Translations under genes and position numbers: made by a program | Notes under the pieces: generated by a model | What the model was told of the DNA's origin: nothing | Databases searched by the model: none | What the model saw: only the letters and a program-made list of their open reading frames with translations | Virus record (IMG/VR): IMGVR_UViG_3300025466_001905 | Location: 14,158 to 78,157 of that record | DNA length: 64,000 bases | Direction: 5' to 3' (one strand) | Source: a virus | Shown here: positions 1-7,832 of the stretch, piece after piece | Layout: each line of letters begins with the position of its first letter | Numbering within the stretch: the stretch's first letter is position 1

Positions 1-162
1 AGAAAATTTCCCATTGGTGAAGTTGAAAATACAGTAGCCATAAAACCTGGCAGATTTATGCTTTTTGATGCCAGATATATGCATCAACTAAAACCTGCGG
101 CATATTATGCACCAAATATCATGGGCGTTGTATTTAGACTACAACGTAAAACCCACAGTTGA
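1..162 (+). CDS. C-terminal fragment of a putative 2OG-Fe(II) oxygenase-like protein (truncated by window start)
   Basis: Open frame from base 1: RKFPIGEVENTVAIKPGRFMLFDARYMHQLKPAAYYAPNIMGVVFRLQRKTHS*; PGR-x-x-LFD-x4-H resembles the distal-His strand of DSBH oxygenases. Confidence 0.45.
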   Translation, partial: RKFPIGEVENTVAIKPGRFMLFDARYMHQLKPAAYYAPNIMGVVFRLQRKTHS

Positions 163-187
163 CACAAAAATACAGTTTTGCTACAAT
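159..187 (+). promoter_or_regulatory. sigma70-type early promoter
   Basis: TTGACA (159-164), 17 bp, TACAAT (182-187), with extended TGn; upstream of the MoxR gene. Confidence 0.8.
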
Positions 188-234
188 AGATATATAAACA
201 AATTTTTTCACCCTTAACTTTAGGAACACAGCCC

Positions 235-1323
235 ATGTCAGATAGTCGTACAATAACTTCAGTTCAAGCTCGTCGCAGTTTACTGAAAGCATTCAAACAT
301 CAACGTCCACTATTCCTATGGGGTCCTCCTGGAATTGGCAAATCTGAATTGGTAGCAGACATCACCCAAGAACTTGGTGGCTACATGATTGACTTGCGAC
401 TGGGGCAAATGGAACCCACAGACATTCGTGGCATTCCGTTTTACAACAAAGACTCTGGCAAAATGGACTGGGCCGAACCTGTGGATTTGCCCTCTGAAGA
501 ATTGGCCAGTCAATATCCAGTGGTAGTTCTTTTCTTGGATGAAATGAACTCAGCGGCACCTTCGGTGCAATCTGCGGCCTATCAATTGATACTGAATCGT
601 CGTGTGGGCAAATATGTGTTACCCGACAATGTGGTCATAGTTGCCGCAGGCAATCGTGAAAGCGACAAAGGTGTCACATATCGTATGCCAACACCATTGG
701 CCAATCGTTTTATTCACCAAGAAATGAAAGTGGATTTTGCCAGTTGGCAAGAGTGGGCAGTGAACCACAAAATCCATAAGGATGTGGTAGGCTACATTGG
801 CTTTGCTAAAAACGACTTGTATGACTTTGATTCAAAGTCGGCCAGCCGTGCCTTTGCTACTCCAAGATCATGGAGCTTTGTGAGTCAAATCCTGGACGAC
901 GAAAACAGTGACGATGACACCACAATGAATTTGATTGCAGGTACCGTAGGCGAAGGACTTGCGGTGAAATTCATGGCGCACCGTAAAGTGGCCAGCCGTA
1001 TGCCCAAGCCCGAAGAAATCTTATCAGGCAAGGTCACTACCTTGGATGTCAAAGAAGTGTCGGCCATGTATAGTTTAGTGATCAGTATGTGCTATGAGCT
1101 CAAAGATGCGATCACAGAGAAGAAAGTTGACGACAAGAAGTTTCATGAAATGGCCGACAATTTCTTTGCCTACATGATGAACAACTTTGAAACAGAACTG
1201 GTTGTAATGGGTGCAAGAATTGCACTGACCACATACAACTTGCCATTCCAGCCTACCAAGCTCAAGAACTTTGACAAGTTCCATACACGTTACGGCAAAT
1301 ATATTTTGCAGGCCAGTGCCTAA
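235..1323 (+). CDS. MoxR-like (AAA_5) AAA+ ATPase
   Basis: Walker A GPPGIGKS, Walker B LFLDEMN, sensor AAGN, Arg finger PLANRF, TPRSW. Confidence 0.9.
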   Translation: MSDSRTITSVQARRSLLKAFKHQRPLFLWGPPGIGKSELVADITQELGGYMIDLRLGQMEPTDIRGIPFYNKDSGKMDWAEPVDLPSEELASQYPVVVLFLDEMNSAAPSVQSAAYQLILNRRVGKYVLPDNVVIVAAGNRESDKGVTYRMPTPLANRFIHQEMKVDFASWQEWAVNHKIHKDVVGYIGFAKNDLYDFDSKSASRAFATPRSWSFVSQILDDENSDDDTTMNLIAGTVGEGLAVKFMAHRKVASRMPKPEEILSGKVTTLDVKEVSAMYSLVISMCYELKDAITEKKVDDKKFHEMADNFFAYMMNNFETELVVMGARIALTTYNLPFQPTKLKNFDKFHTRYGKYILQASA

Positions 1324-1331
1324 ACTGTTCT

Positions 1332-1383
1332 GGAGGGCGGTGTAAATAAAACACAGGGCTGTGTTCGCACTGCCCCCCTTTTT
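1332..1383 (+). terminator. Putative intrinsic terminator (long imperfect hairpin + U tract) containing a TAAATA motif
   Basis: GGAGGGCGGTG (1332-1342) pairs with CACTGCCCCCC (1368-1378); inner ACACA/TGTGT stem; followed by TTTTT. Confidence 0.6.
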
Positions 1384-1394
1384 ATATATATTTT

Positions 1395-2222
1395 ATGAAA
1401 CGATTTTTTGCTTTTGGATGTAGTTTTACTGCCTACGGCTGGCCGACTTGGGCAGATATTCTTGGAAAAGAGTTTGACTACTATGAAAATTGGGGTTGCC
1501 CTGGGGCTGGTAATTTCTATATATTCAATTCTGTAGTAGAATGTTTAATAAAAAATAATCTTGGGCCCACAGATACAGTGATTGTTATGTGGACTAATAT
1601 TTATAGAAACGATACCTATCACAATAACCAATGGCAAGGCGGCGGCAATAGCTATCATTCTAGACTGCCTGACAAAGGCAAATACTACGATGATAAAGGA
1701 TATTTGATTAGAGATTTATCTGTCATACAGGCTACAAAATGGGTATTGGAACGGCACAGAATTACTCCGTATTTTTTATCAATGGTACCTATAGAAAATC
1801 TAGATCAGAATTCACATACAAGCATCGAGGGACATGATATTGCATCAGTACTTGATTTATATCAAGATACTTTAAAATCAATACGTCCCAGTATATTTGA
1901 ACAAGTGTTTGATTATGATTGGAATAATAGAATTTTATTACCCGTGGATATTGCCGATAAAAATCCACGAGATCGTGGTGGGCACCTTAGACGCAGAATT
2001 GATCTACATGCTGGTCCTGCAGAACATTTAGAATATCTTGATGCAGTACTTCCAGAAATCACAATTAGTGATCAAACAAGGAAATTAGTTGCGTTGGCCA
2101 ATGATCAAGTAACTGCACCTTGCAATGGACAATATCCATTTGAATCAAATTACTTACCCTGGGAGCGCCAAGGATGGGAACCAACATGGGATCTTCGCAA
2201 CACTAGACCAAACAGATTATGA
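1395..2222 (+). CDS. SGNH-hydrolase-like hypothetical protein
   Basis: N-terminal FGCSFT (GDS-like block I), G-x-GN block II, C-terminal DLH. Confidence 0.55.
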   Translation: MKRFFAFGCSFTAYGWPTWADILGKEFDYYENWGCPGAGNFYIFNSVVECLIKNNLGPTDTVIVMWTNIYRNDTYHNNQWQGGGNSYHSRLPDKGKYYDDKGYLIRDLSVIQATKWVLERHRITPYFLSMVPIENLDQNSHTSIEGHDIASVLDLYQDTLKSIRPSIFEQVFDYDWNNRILLPVDIADKNPRDRGGHLRRRIDLHAGPAEHLEYLDAVLPEITISDQTRKLVALANDQVTAPCNGQYPFESNYLPWERQGWEPTWDLRNTRPNRL

Positions 2223-2539
2223 AATACAAAATAGTTAAACTTGATGCCAGATACAATCATCGTAATCGCTTTAGCTACATGATTTCATTTACCAAAGCAC
2301 CAGGACATTCGGCCATCTTAGAATTTGATCGTTGTCGTAGATGGTTCAATGATACCTATGGCTGGAGCCAAGATGTAGAAATGCAATTCCCCATGGCCAA
2401 GGCTCAAAAGTCTCATCCAGAAATTACGGATGTTGAAATCAATCAGCATTGGGCATATAACATAAAATACAACGACTACAGAATCTATGTTGTTGATAAT
2501 CAGGTCCTGACCATGTTTCAATTGCGATGGGCTCAATAA
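2219..2539 (+). CDS. Small hypothetical protein, FxL[KR][WY] C-terminal family
   Basis: ATGA-coupled ORF ending LTMFQLRWAQ. Confidence 0.75.
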   Translation: MKYKIVKLDARYNHRNRFSYMISFTKAPGHSAILEFDRCRRWFNDTYGWSQDVEMQFPMAKAQKSHPEITDVEINQHWAYNIKYNDYRIYVVDNQVLTMFQLRWAQ

Positions 2540-2814
2540 CACCTAACTATGACTTTACGGACTTTGTAGAATGGATAAATGGAGGGTGTTATATGGCCAA
2601 AACAATAATTAAATGGCATAGATTGCCTGGCTACAAATTAAAAGCCACTTGGGAAGTTCTGCCAAGAGGTATAGCAGTTGGACTCAAAGAATCTGACATG
2701 GATCCCATACATGACTGGTCAAAATCCAACAAGTGTGGAGTCCGGGTAAGTTTTGACATGTGGCGGTTCAAAACACCTGAAGAAATGACTATGTTTTTGT
2801 TGAAGTGGTCATGA
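2527..2814 (+). CDS. Small hypothetical protein, FxL[KR][WY] family (alternative start 2593 with GGAGG SD)
   Basis: Ends MTMFLLKWS. Confidence 0.7.
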   Translation: MGSITPNYDFTDFVEWINGGCYMAKTIIKWHRLPGYKLKATWEVLPRGIAVGLKESDMDPIHDWSKSNKCGVRVSFDMWRFKTPEEMTMFLLKWS

Positions 2815-3050
2815 TGGATAGTCTGTCAGCATGGTATGTGGCCAGTGTTCGGGCTCCTGTTATAAACTCTGATCCGATCAATGGACACCGATATCAAGGC
2901 TGGCGACCTTGCATGGAATGGTGTGTGGAAACATTTGGAGGCGGTATAGGAGCCACTGCATGGGGGCCGGGATGGCGTTTTGTGGGCGAAGGTGTGTTTG
3001 AATTCCGGCAGGAGCAAGATAGAACAATATTCCTGTTGAGGTGGTCATGA
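2811..3050 (+). CDS. Small hypothetical protein, FxL[KR][WY] family
   Basis: ATGA overlap with the upstream stop; WCVETFG motif; ends RTIFLLRWS. Confidence 0.7.
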   Translation: MMDSLSAWYVASVRAPVINSDPINGHRYQGWRPCMEWCVETFGGGIGATAWGPGWRFVGEGVFEFRQEQDRTIFLLRWS

Positions 3051-3289
3051 GTGATTTTGTAATAGAGTATATCGACGAAGAAATTAAAACCACTGTGACC
3101 AAGAAAAAACTCTGGATCAACAACGAATGGGTTGACTGCAATTTATATCGTTTTCCAGCAGACCGCAAACTGTTAAAGTATCTTGAAGATAACCATGCAA
3201 AAGATTTTGGTAAATTGTGGCACAAGCATTTTGATAAAATTGCAGTAGAAGAAAAAATATACATGTGGTACTGCTTACAAAACAAATGA
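3047..3289 (+). CDS. Small hypothetical protein (divergent member of the same array)
   Basis: ATGA overlap; ends YMWYCLQNK. Confidence 0.65.
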   Translation: MSDFVIEYIDEEIKTTVTKKKLWINNEWVDCNLYRFPADRKLLKYLEDNHAKDFGKLWHKHFDKIAVEEKIYMWYCLQNK

Positions 3290-3558
3290 GCAACAATCAA
3301 CACTACAACTCTTACGAAAAAAGATTAGATACTGTGCTGGGTCCTACTGCACAAGACTGGACAAGAATACGCCGGGCCAGAGCTGAGTTTGATGAAGAAT
3401 ACGAGTGTATTCCTGACATAGATGAGCGAGATTTTTCACTATGGCTGGCCCATAATTATGGAATACAGTTGAAGTTAGATGGTACTTTTGCAGTAGAAAC
3501 TATTTTTGAAATCGTCGACGATCAAAAGTACACAGTTTTTTTATTGAAATACAGCTGA
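3286..3558 (+). CDS. Small hypothetical protein, FxL[KR][WY] family
   Basis: ATGA overlap; ends YTVFLLKYS. Confidence 0.7.
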   Translation: MSNNQHYNSYEKRLDTVLGPTAQDWTRIRRARAEFDEEYECIPDIDERDFSLWLAHNYGIQLKLDGTFAVETIFEIVDDQKYTVFLLKYS

Positions 3559-3559
3559 T

Positions 3560-3862
3560 ATGAAGCACATCGAAATCAAAAAAAATTTAATTATTTTTAA
3601 ACGGCCCGAGGCATGGTACAAAATTCGCGAACAAATGATTCAGGACTTTGGGAAGCTCAATATTATTATCAGTTGGCGATGCAAGAGAGAATTTGGATTT
3701 ACTGTCAGAGAGCATCGCGGACTTGAACCACATGGTAAAGATTTTTTGGATCTTGTTGGTGATGATTGGAAGTATAGGTATCACTATCAAGATCAAATAC
3801 ACTTGGACTTTTATTCTGAAGCACAGATGACCTGGTTTCAACTCAAATACTTAAACAATTAA
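3560..3862 (+). CDS. Small hypothetical protein, FxL[KR][WY] family
   Basis: Ends IHLDFYSEAQMTWFQLKYLNN. Confidence 0.75.
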   Translation: MKHIEIKKNLIIFKRPEAWYKIREQMIQDFGKLNIIISWRCKREFGFTVREHRGLEPHGKDFLDLVGDDWKYRYHYQDQIHLDFYSEAQMTWFQLKYLNN

Positions 3863-3867
3863 AAAAT

Positions 3868-4527
3868 ATGAATATCTGTGTCATAGGTGGTGGTAGAAAT
3901 TTTGGCAAAGATTTCTGTGATCGTGCACACCTGGACGGGCACAATGTGAGAATACTTTCCCATAAAGACTACAAGAATAATAATGCCAGACATACAAGTG
4001 CAAATTTCAATGATTATGATCAGTTGCTTGATGCATTTAATTGCCTGACAGACGATCTTGATCAAATTGATATCTTTTTGTATAATTCAACCACAACAGA
4101 TAAATTGGGTAAAGCTTATTACAAATCTACATGCCGAGTGAATTATCACGCACACATTGATCAATTAAATGTGCATGTGATTGTGCCGCATTTGTTGTGT
4201 GTTGAAGCATTGAAAAAAATGAATTCCAACAGTAAAATTATTTTTATGACATCGGGCATGGGTAATTTTGATCAATACAAACACAGCGGAATGACTGATG
4301 TTGCAGCCTATGCAGGCGGCAAAGCATATCAGAATTTTCTTATGGCAGCATTTGCTGACCACAATGATAAAAATGCCATTGTTGCATCCATGTCACCTCA
4401 TTTTGACTATAACAATATGGAAAACTATAAACCAGTTTTTGAAGTCTGCTATAAAAAAATACTGGCATTGACTTATCATGATAATGGTAAAATAATAACT
4501 ATGAATGATATTAAAAATATTGTATAA
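3868..4527 (+). CDS. Short-chain dehydrogenase/reductase (SDR)
   Basis: Rossmann CVIGGGRNFG, IDIFLYNS, FMTS and catalytic YAGGK (YxxxK). Confidence 0.75.
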   Translation: MNICVIGGGRNFGKDFCDRAHLDGHNVRILSHKDYKNNNARHTSANFNDYDQLLDAFNCLTDDLDQIDIFLYNSTTTDKLGKAYYKSTCRVNYHAHIDQLNVHVIVPHLLCVEALKKMNSNSKIIFMTSGMGNFDQYKHSGMTDVAAYAGGKAYQNFLMAAFADHNDKNAIVASMSPHFDYNNMENYKPVFEVCYKKILALTYHDNGKIITMNDIKNIV

Positions 4528-4537
4528 TTACTGTATT

Positions 4538-4611
4538 GTCTCGCTGGTGTAATGGCAGCACGTGGGTCTCCAAAACCCTTGGTCGGAGTTCGAATCTCTG
4601 GCGGGATGCCA
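4538..4611 (+). tRNA. tRNA-Trp(CCA)
   Basis: Acceptor GTCTCGC/GCGGGAT, anticodon loop CT-CCA-AA, T-loop TTCGAAT, G73, encoded CCA. Confidence 0.9.
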
Positions 4612-4619
4612 AGAACAAT

Positions 4620-4697
4620 GCAACGGTGGCAGAGTGGTCCAATGCAACGGATTGCAAATCCGTAAAGCCGTAGGTTCAAATCCTACCCGTTGCTCCA
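4620..4697 (+). tRNA. tRNA-Cys(GCA)
   Basis: Acceptor GCAACGG/CCGTTGC, anticodon arm ACGGA-TT-GCA-AA-TCCGT, T-loop TTCAAAT, U73 discriminator, encoded CCA. Confidence 0.92.
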
Positions 4698-4701
4698 TAC
4701 A

Positions 4702-4778
4702 GGGCCGTTAGCTCATTTGGTTAGAGCAGAGGACTCATAATCCTTTGGTGGAGTGTTCGAATCACTCACGGCCCACCA
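4702..4778 (+). tRNA. tRNA with CAT anticodon, most likely tRNA-Ile2 (lysidine-modified, reads AUA)
   Basis: Acceptor GGGCCGT/ACGGCCC with C4:G69 and C5:G68 (TilS determinants), GACTCATAATC anticodon arm, A73, CCA; no initiator features. Confidence 0.85.
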
Positions 4779-4812
4779 TTTTACTGTGTTGTTTTTATGC
4801 AACAGCAGTGAT

Positions 4813-4841
4813 TTGACACAAAATTCACGATTTGCTATAAT
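4813..4841 (+). promoter_or_regulatory. sigma70-type early promoter (perfect consensus)
   Basis: TTGACA (4813-4818), 17 bp, TATAAT (4836-4841), extended TGn; AAGGA SD before ATG 4867. Confidence 0.85.
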
Positions 4842-4866
4842 AACTACATATACATAAAGGACTGTT

Positions 4867-6141
4867 ATGAGCGCAACAACAACAGAAAACAAAGATGCCA
4901 GTAAATTTGCCAATCTGCTTGGCCCTACTATCAGCTCAGAAGATCGTGACGCTAGAGAAAAACTGATCACTGCCAGGGTTGGATTGTTGCTCAAGGCCAG
5001 TTTCTTTGGCAATTTGGCCACTCGTCTCAAATTGGTCAATGCAGATGAATGGTGTGGCACTGCTGCCACAGACGGCAGAAACTTCTACTACAACAGCCGT
5101 TTTATCCGAATGCTCAAACCCAAAGAAGTTGAATTCTTGTTTGGTCATGAAGTGTTGCATTGTGTGTATGATCACTTTGGTCGTAGAGGCGACAGAAATC
5201 CTCAATTGTACAACATTGCCAGTGACTATTGTGTCAACGCAGACTTGAAGAAACACCGTGTGGGAGAGTTCATAACATCTGTTCCTTGCTTGTATGACGA
5301 AAAATACGAAGGCATGAGTTCTGAAGAAATCTATGATATCTTGTATGAAAACGCAGAAAAGATTGATATCGGCAGTCTTGTTGACAAAATGATTGACGAC
5401 CACATGGATGGCCAAGGCGACGGCTCTGGTGATGGTGATGACGAAAGCAAAGGTCGACCCCGACTCACTGAAGAAGAACGCCAACAGATCCGTGACGAGA
5501 TCAAAGAAGCAGTGTTAGCGGCCGCGTCAGCCGAAGCCAATGGTGCTGGCAATATTCCTGCAGGTGTACGCAAGATCATTGAAAATCTCACTGCACCCAA
5601 AATGAACTGGCGCGAACTGTTGCGTATGCAATTGGAGAGCACTATCAAATCTGACTATACCTGGATGCGGGCCAGTCGCAAAAGTTGGCACATGGATGCT
5701 GTCATGCCTGGCCGCAAGCCCGACGAGCTGATTGATATTGCTGTCATGATTGATATGTCAGGGTCAATTAGTTCGGAAATGTCACGAGACTTTTTGAGCG
5801 AAGTGGCAGGCATCATGGAACAGTTCAACAGCTACAAAATACACGTGGCCACATTTGATACTGAAGTGTACAATCCACAACAATATGACAGTGAAAATCT
5901 TGACTCCATTACTGACTATGATCTCCAAGGCGGTGGCGGCACAGACTTTGAATGCATGTACAACTATTTGAAAGAAGCTGATATCCAGCCCAAGCGCCTG
6001 GTGGTGTTCACAGATATGTATCCATATGGATCATGGGGTGATCCAATATATTGTGATACAGTTTTTGTAGCACACGGAACTACCAGTATTGTAGCACCAT
6101 ATGGCACCACAACATATTATGAAGAAGAAACTAAATCATAA
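4867..6141 (+). CDS. Metallopeptidase-like (HExxH) + VWA domain protein (DUF2201-like), MoxR partner
   Basis: TAATDG, GHEVLH zincin motif, acidic Gly linker, MIDAS DMSGS, GGGTDF, FTD. Confidence 0.88.
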   Translation: MSATTTENKDASKFANLLGPTISSEDRDAREKLITARVGLLLKASFFGNLATRLKLVNADEWCGTAATDGRNFYYNSRFIRMLKPKEVEFLFGHEVLHCVYDHFGRRGDRNPQLYNIASDYCVNADLKKHRVGEFITSVPCLYDEKYEGMSSEEIYDILYENAEKIDIGSLVDKMIDDHMDGQGDGSGDGDDESKGRPRLTEEERQQIRDEIKEAVLAAASAEANGAGNIPAGVRKIIENLTAPKMNWRELLRMQLESTIKSDYTWMRASRKSWHMDAVMPGRKPDELIDIAVMIDMSGSISSEMSRDFLSEVAGIMEQFNSYKIHVATFDTEVYNPQQYDSENLDSITDYDLQGGGGTDFECMYNYLKEADIQPKRLVVFTDMYPYGSWGDPIYCDTVFVAHGTTSIVAPYGTTTYYEEETKS

Positions 6142-6728
6142 TCTTCATACAATTGGTCAAGTGTTTTATCTGATTTTTTGTGTTTTTTATAGTTATCTTG
6201 ATCGCTGATGAGTCTTAAATTTGATATGTCAGATACTACATTTATTGGCACATCATTTAAGAATCCATCAGTGACACTATAAATGTGATCCACATGCCAA
6301 TGTTTGCTTCGTTTGTTATCAGGATCAATTAGTTGTTGATGTCTATAGTATTGTGTTTCTGCATATTGATGACATCTACGGCTGTATTGATTTCTTGTTA
6401 GCCCATCAACTGTAAACTTTTTATTCTTGTAAACTTCTGCCCAGTAGTCGGATCGTTGTTCAGACAAAACTTTTTTAACGGATTCTGCTTTGCTTACATT
6501 ATCTACTCCGTATTTTTCAAATGCTTTTTCGCGGCGAATACATTTGACAGATTCAAGCGAGCTAGCGTTTTCTACTCCATATCTTTCCATGGTGGTAGAA
6601 CGCATTTTGGCTAAAATAGAAGAGCACCCTGCAGGTCGGTAAGCACAGACATATGTGCCTTTTTTGGTTTGATGAATTGCTTTTTGACCACATCCATAAT
6701 GGCAAAAATTTTGAGAAATAAATATCAT
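6117..6728 (-). CDS. Free-standing HNH homing endonuclease
   Basis: HVDHIYS...NLRLI...DNYKKH HNH motif; N-terminal CHYGCG...C Zn-like motif; two [RK]YGV[ED]N repeats; AAGGAG SD before ATG 6728. Confidence 0.8.
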   Translation of the reverse strand: MIFISQNFCHYGCGQKAIHQTKKGTYVCAYRPAGCSSILAKMRSTTMERYGVENASSLESVKCIRREKAFEKYGVDNVSKAESVKKVLSEQRSDYWAEVYKNKKFTVDGLTRNQYSRRCHQYAETQYYRHQQLIDPDNKRSKHWHVDHIYSVTDGFLNDVPINVVSDISNLRLISDQDNYKKHKKSDKTLDQLYEDYDLVSSS

Positions 6729-6796
6729 TGCTGGCACTCCTTTTCAGTGTTAGAGTAGTTGGATATTTCCAGTATCGCGAACTACACACTTATTTA
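6729..6796 (-). promoter_or_regulatory. TAAATA late-type promoter plus structured 5' leader of the HNH gene
   Basis: Minus strand: TAAATA AGTGT GTAGTT CGC GATA CTGGAAA TATC C AACTAC TCTA ACACT GAAAAGGAGTG CCAG CA ATG; nested stems and loop/3' CTGG-CCAG complementarity. Confidence 0.55.
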
Positions 6797-6803
6797 GTGC
6801 CAG

Positions 6804-6832
6804 TTGACAAATAAATTTCAACATGTTATAAT
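6804..6832 (+). promoter_or_regulatory. sigma70-type early promoter (perfect consensus)
   Basis: TTGACA (6804-6809), 17 bp, TATAAT (6827-6832), extended TGn; GGAG SD before ATG 6851. Confidence 0.85.
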
Positions 6833-6850
6833 ACATTTATGGAGTTAAAA

Positions 6851-6979
6851 ATGAGAACTGTGGTAGATTGTTTAATAATTGTGGCCTTGTGGGAATTTCT
6901 GTATTTCAATCTAACTGCAATTCCCAAACAAGACTACATTCACAATAATCCTTATGTATACAGTTGGGTAAGACAATGA
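6851..6979 (+). CDS. 42-aa small protein with hydrophobic N-terminus (not in ORF track)
   Basis: MRTVVDCLIIVALWEFLYFNLTAIPKQDYIHNNPYVYSWVRQ*; GGAG SD; ATGA coupling to the next gene. Confidence 0.65.
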   Translation: MRTVVDCLIIVALWEFLYFNLTAIPKQDYIHNNPYVYSWVRQ

Positions 6980-7161
6980 ATGAAAATCTAAGAAAATTGA
7001 TGCTGGAGGCTGGCTATGCGGCTTCAGAGTTGGCCGGGCGTGCTCAACCATTGGCCGAGTTGATCATACAAGAATGCGTTACTGCAATAGAATCCACTGA
7101 TAGACACCGCAGTGATTACTTTACGGCAAAGATTCGGGAGCATTTCGGAGTTGAAGAATGA
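6976..7161 (+). CDS. Small hypothetical protein, MNE(R)I...AELI..EC...HFGVEE family
   Basis: Shared motifs with 7387 and 7593 ORFs. Confidence 0.75.
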   Translation: MNENLRKLMLEAGYAASELAGRAQPLAELIIQECVTAIESTDRHRSDYFTAKIREHFGVEE

Positions 7162-7376
7162 AAAATCTATTTAAGCAAACACGAGTTGTGTATGATGCAC
7201 ACTTGAAAGAATATAACGTACAATATAAGAATTTTCTGGTTTGGAAATTCGTGGAATGTTATAAAGTGTCTGAGCATCTTCCTGATGAACGAGCAAAAGA
7301 ACTTGCTATAACCCAAGCAAAGAATATGTTAGATACTGTTGAAGTGTATCGTAGTCCCAAACCTTATTATATGTAA
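7158..7376 (+). CDS. Hypothetical protein
   Basis: ATGA-coupled ORF with GGAG SD. Confidence 0.7.
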   Translation: MKNLFKQTRVVYDAHLKEYNVQYKNFLVWKFVECYKVSEHLPDERAKELAITQAKNMLDTVEVYRSPKPYYM

Positions 7377-7386
7377 GGAGTAAAAA

Positions 7387-7596
7387 ATGAACGAACGAAT
7401 CAATAAACTGTTTGGACAGGCCATGGATCAATCTATACCAGAAACTTGGACTACACTGACCCATTCTCAGTTATCAATACTAAAGGACAAGTTCGCCGAG
7501 TTGCTTGTTCGGGAATGTGCTGACTTTTTGAAAGACAAACTGGACGACCATTTTGCGGCAGAACAGTTGGAAGAACATTTCGGAGTTGAAGAATGA
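7387..7596 (+). CDS. Small hypothetical protein, MNERI...HFGVEE family
   Basis: AAGGAG SD; MNERI, KFAELLVREC, HFGVEE. Confidence 0.8.
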   Translation: MNERINKLFGQAMDQSIPETWTTLTHSQLSILKDKFAELLVRECADFLKDKLDDHFAAEQLEEHFGVEE

Positions 7597-7832
7597 ACGA
7601 ACGAATCCGACAGTTAGCAACAGAAGTTGGCATTAGTGTTGAATACTTAAACAATACCAAACAGTGGCCATTGATAGAGGCATTAGCCGAGTTGATTGTG
7701 AAGGAATGTGTTGATTGTGCTCGCGGAGCAGGTCTTGCCGACGATGTTGCAGTACGAAATACACTTGGATTCAATGATGGTATTGCAGAAGCAGTAACTC
7801 ATATAAAGAAACATTTTGGAGTTGAACTATGA
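7593..7832 (+). CDS. Small hypothetical protein, MNERI...HFGVE family
   Basis: MNERI, LAELIVKEC, HFGVEL. Confidence 0.8.
   Translation: MNERIRQLATEVGISVEYLNNTKQWPLIEALAELIVKECVDCARGAGLADDVAVRNTLGFNDGIAEAVTHIKKHFGVEL

Larger units (their letters stand above)
7141..7826 (+). repeat. Dispersed direct repeat CATTTCGGAGTTGAAGAATGAA (7141-7162, 7576-7597; variant CATTTTGGAGTTGAA 7812-7826)
   Basis: Two exact 22-bp copies and one 15-bp variant, each spanning a gene end, a GGAG SD and the next start. Confidence 0.85.

Noticed and set aside
4702-4778. tRNA-fMet or elongator Met
   Set aside because: G1:C72 is paired and there is no GGG/CCC anticodon stem, so not an initiator; acceptor and anticodon arm resemble Ile2. 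Elongator Met remains a minor possibility
4713-5648. Antisense ORFs (4713-5069, 4936-5484, 5331-5648) and similar shadow ORFs elsewhere (e.g. 10081-10779, 27034-27597, 61461-62033)
   Set aside because: They lie opposite well-supported genes or tRNAs, with no motifs or initiation signals
6117-6728. HNH as an RNA-guided (IscB/Cas9-like) nuclease
   Set aside because: Only ~203 aa, no RuvC or PLMP/bridge-helix motifs; the leader RNA is only ~60 nt
7141-7826. 22-bp direct repeats as a CRISPR array
   Set aside because: Only 2-3 copies, 236-435 bp apart, lying within coding sequence; no cas genes
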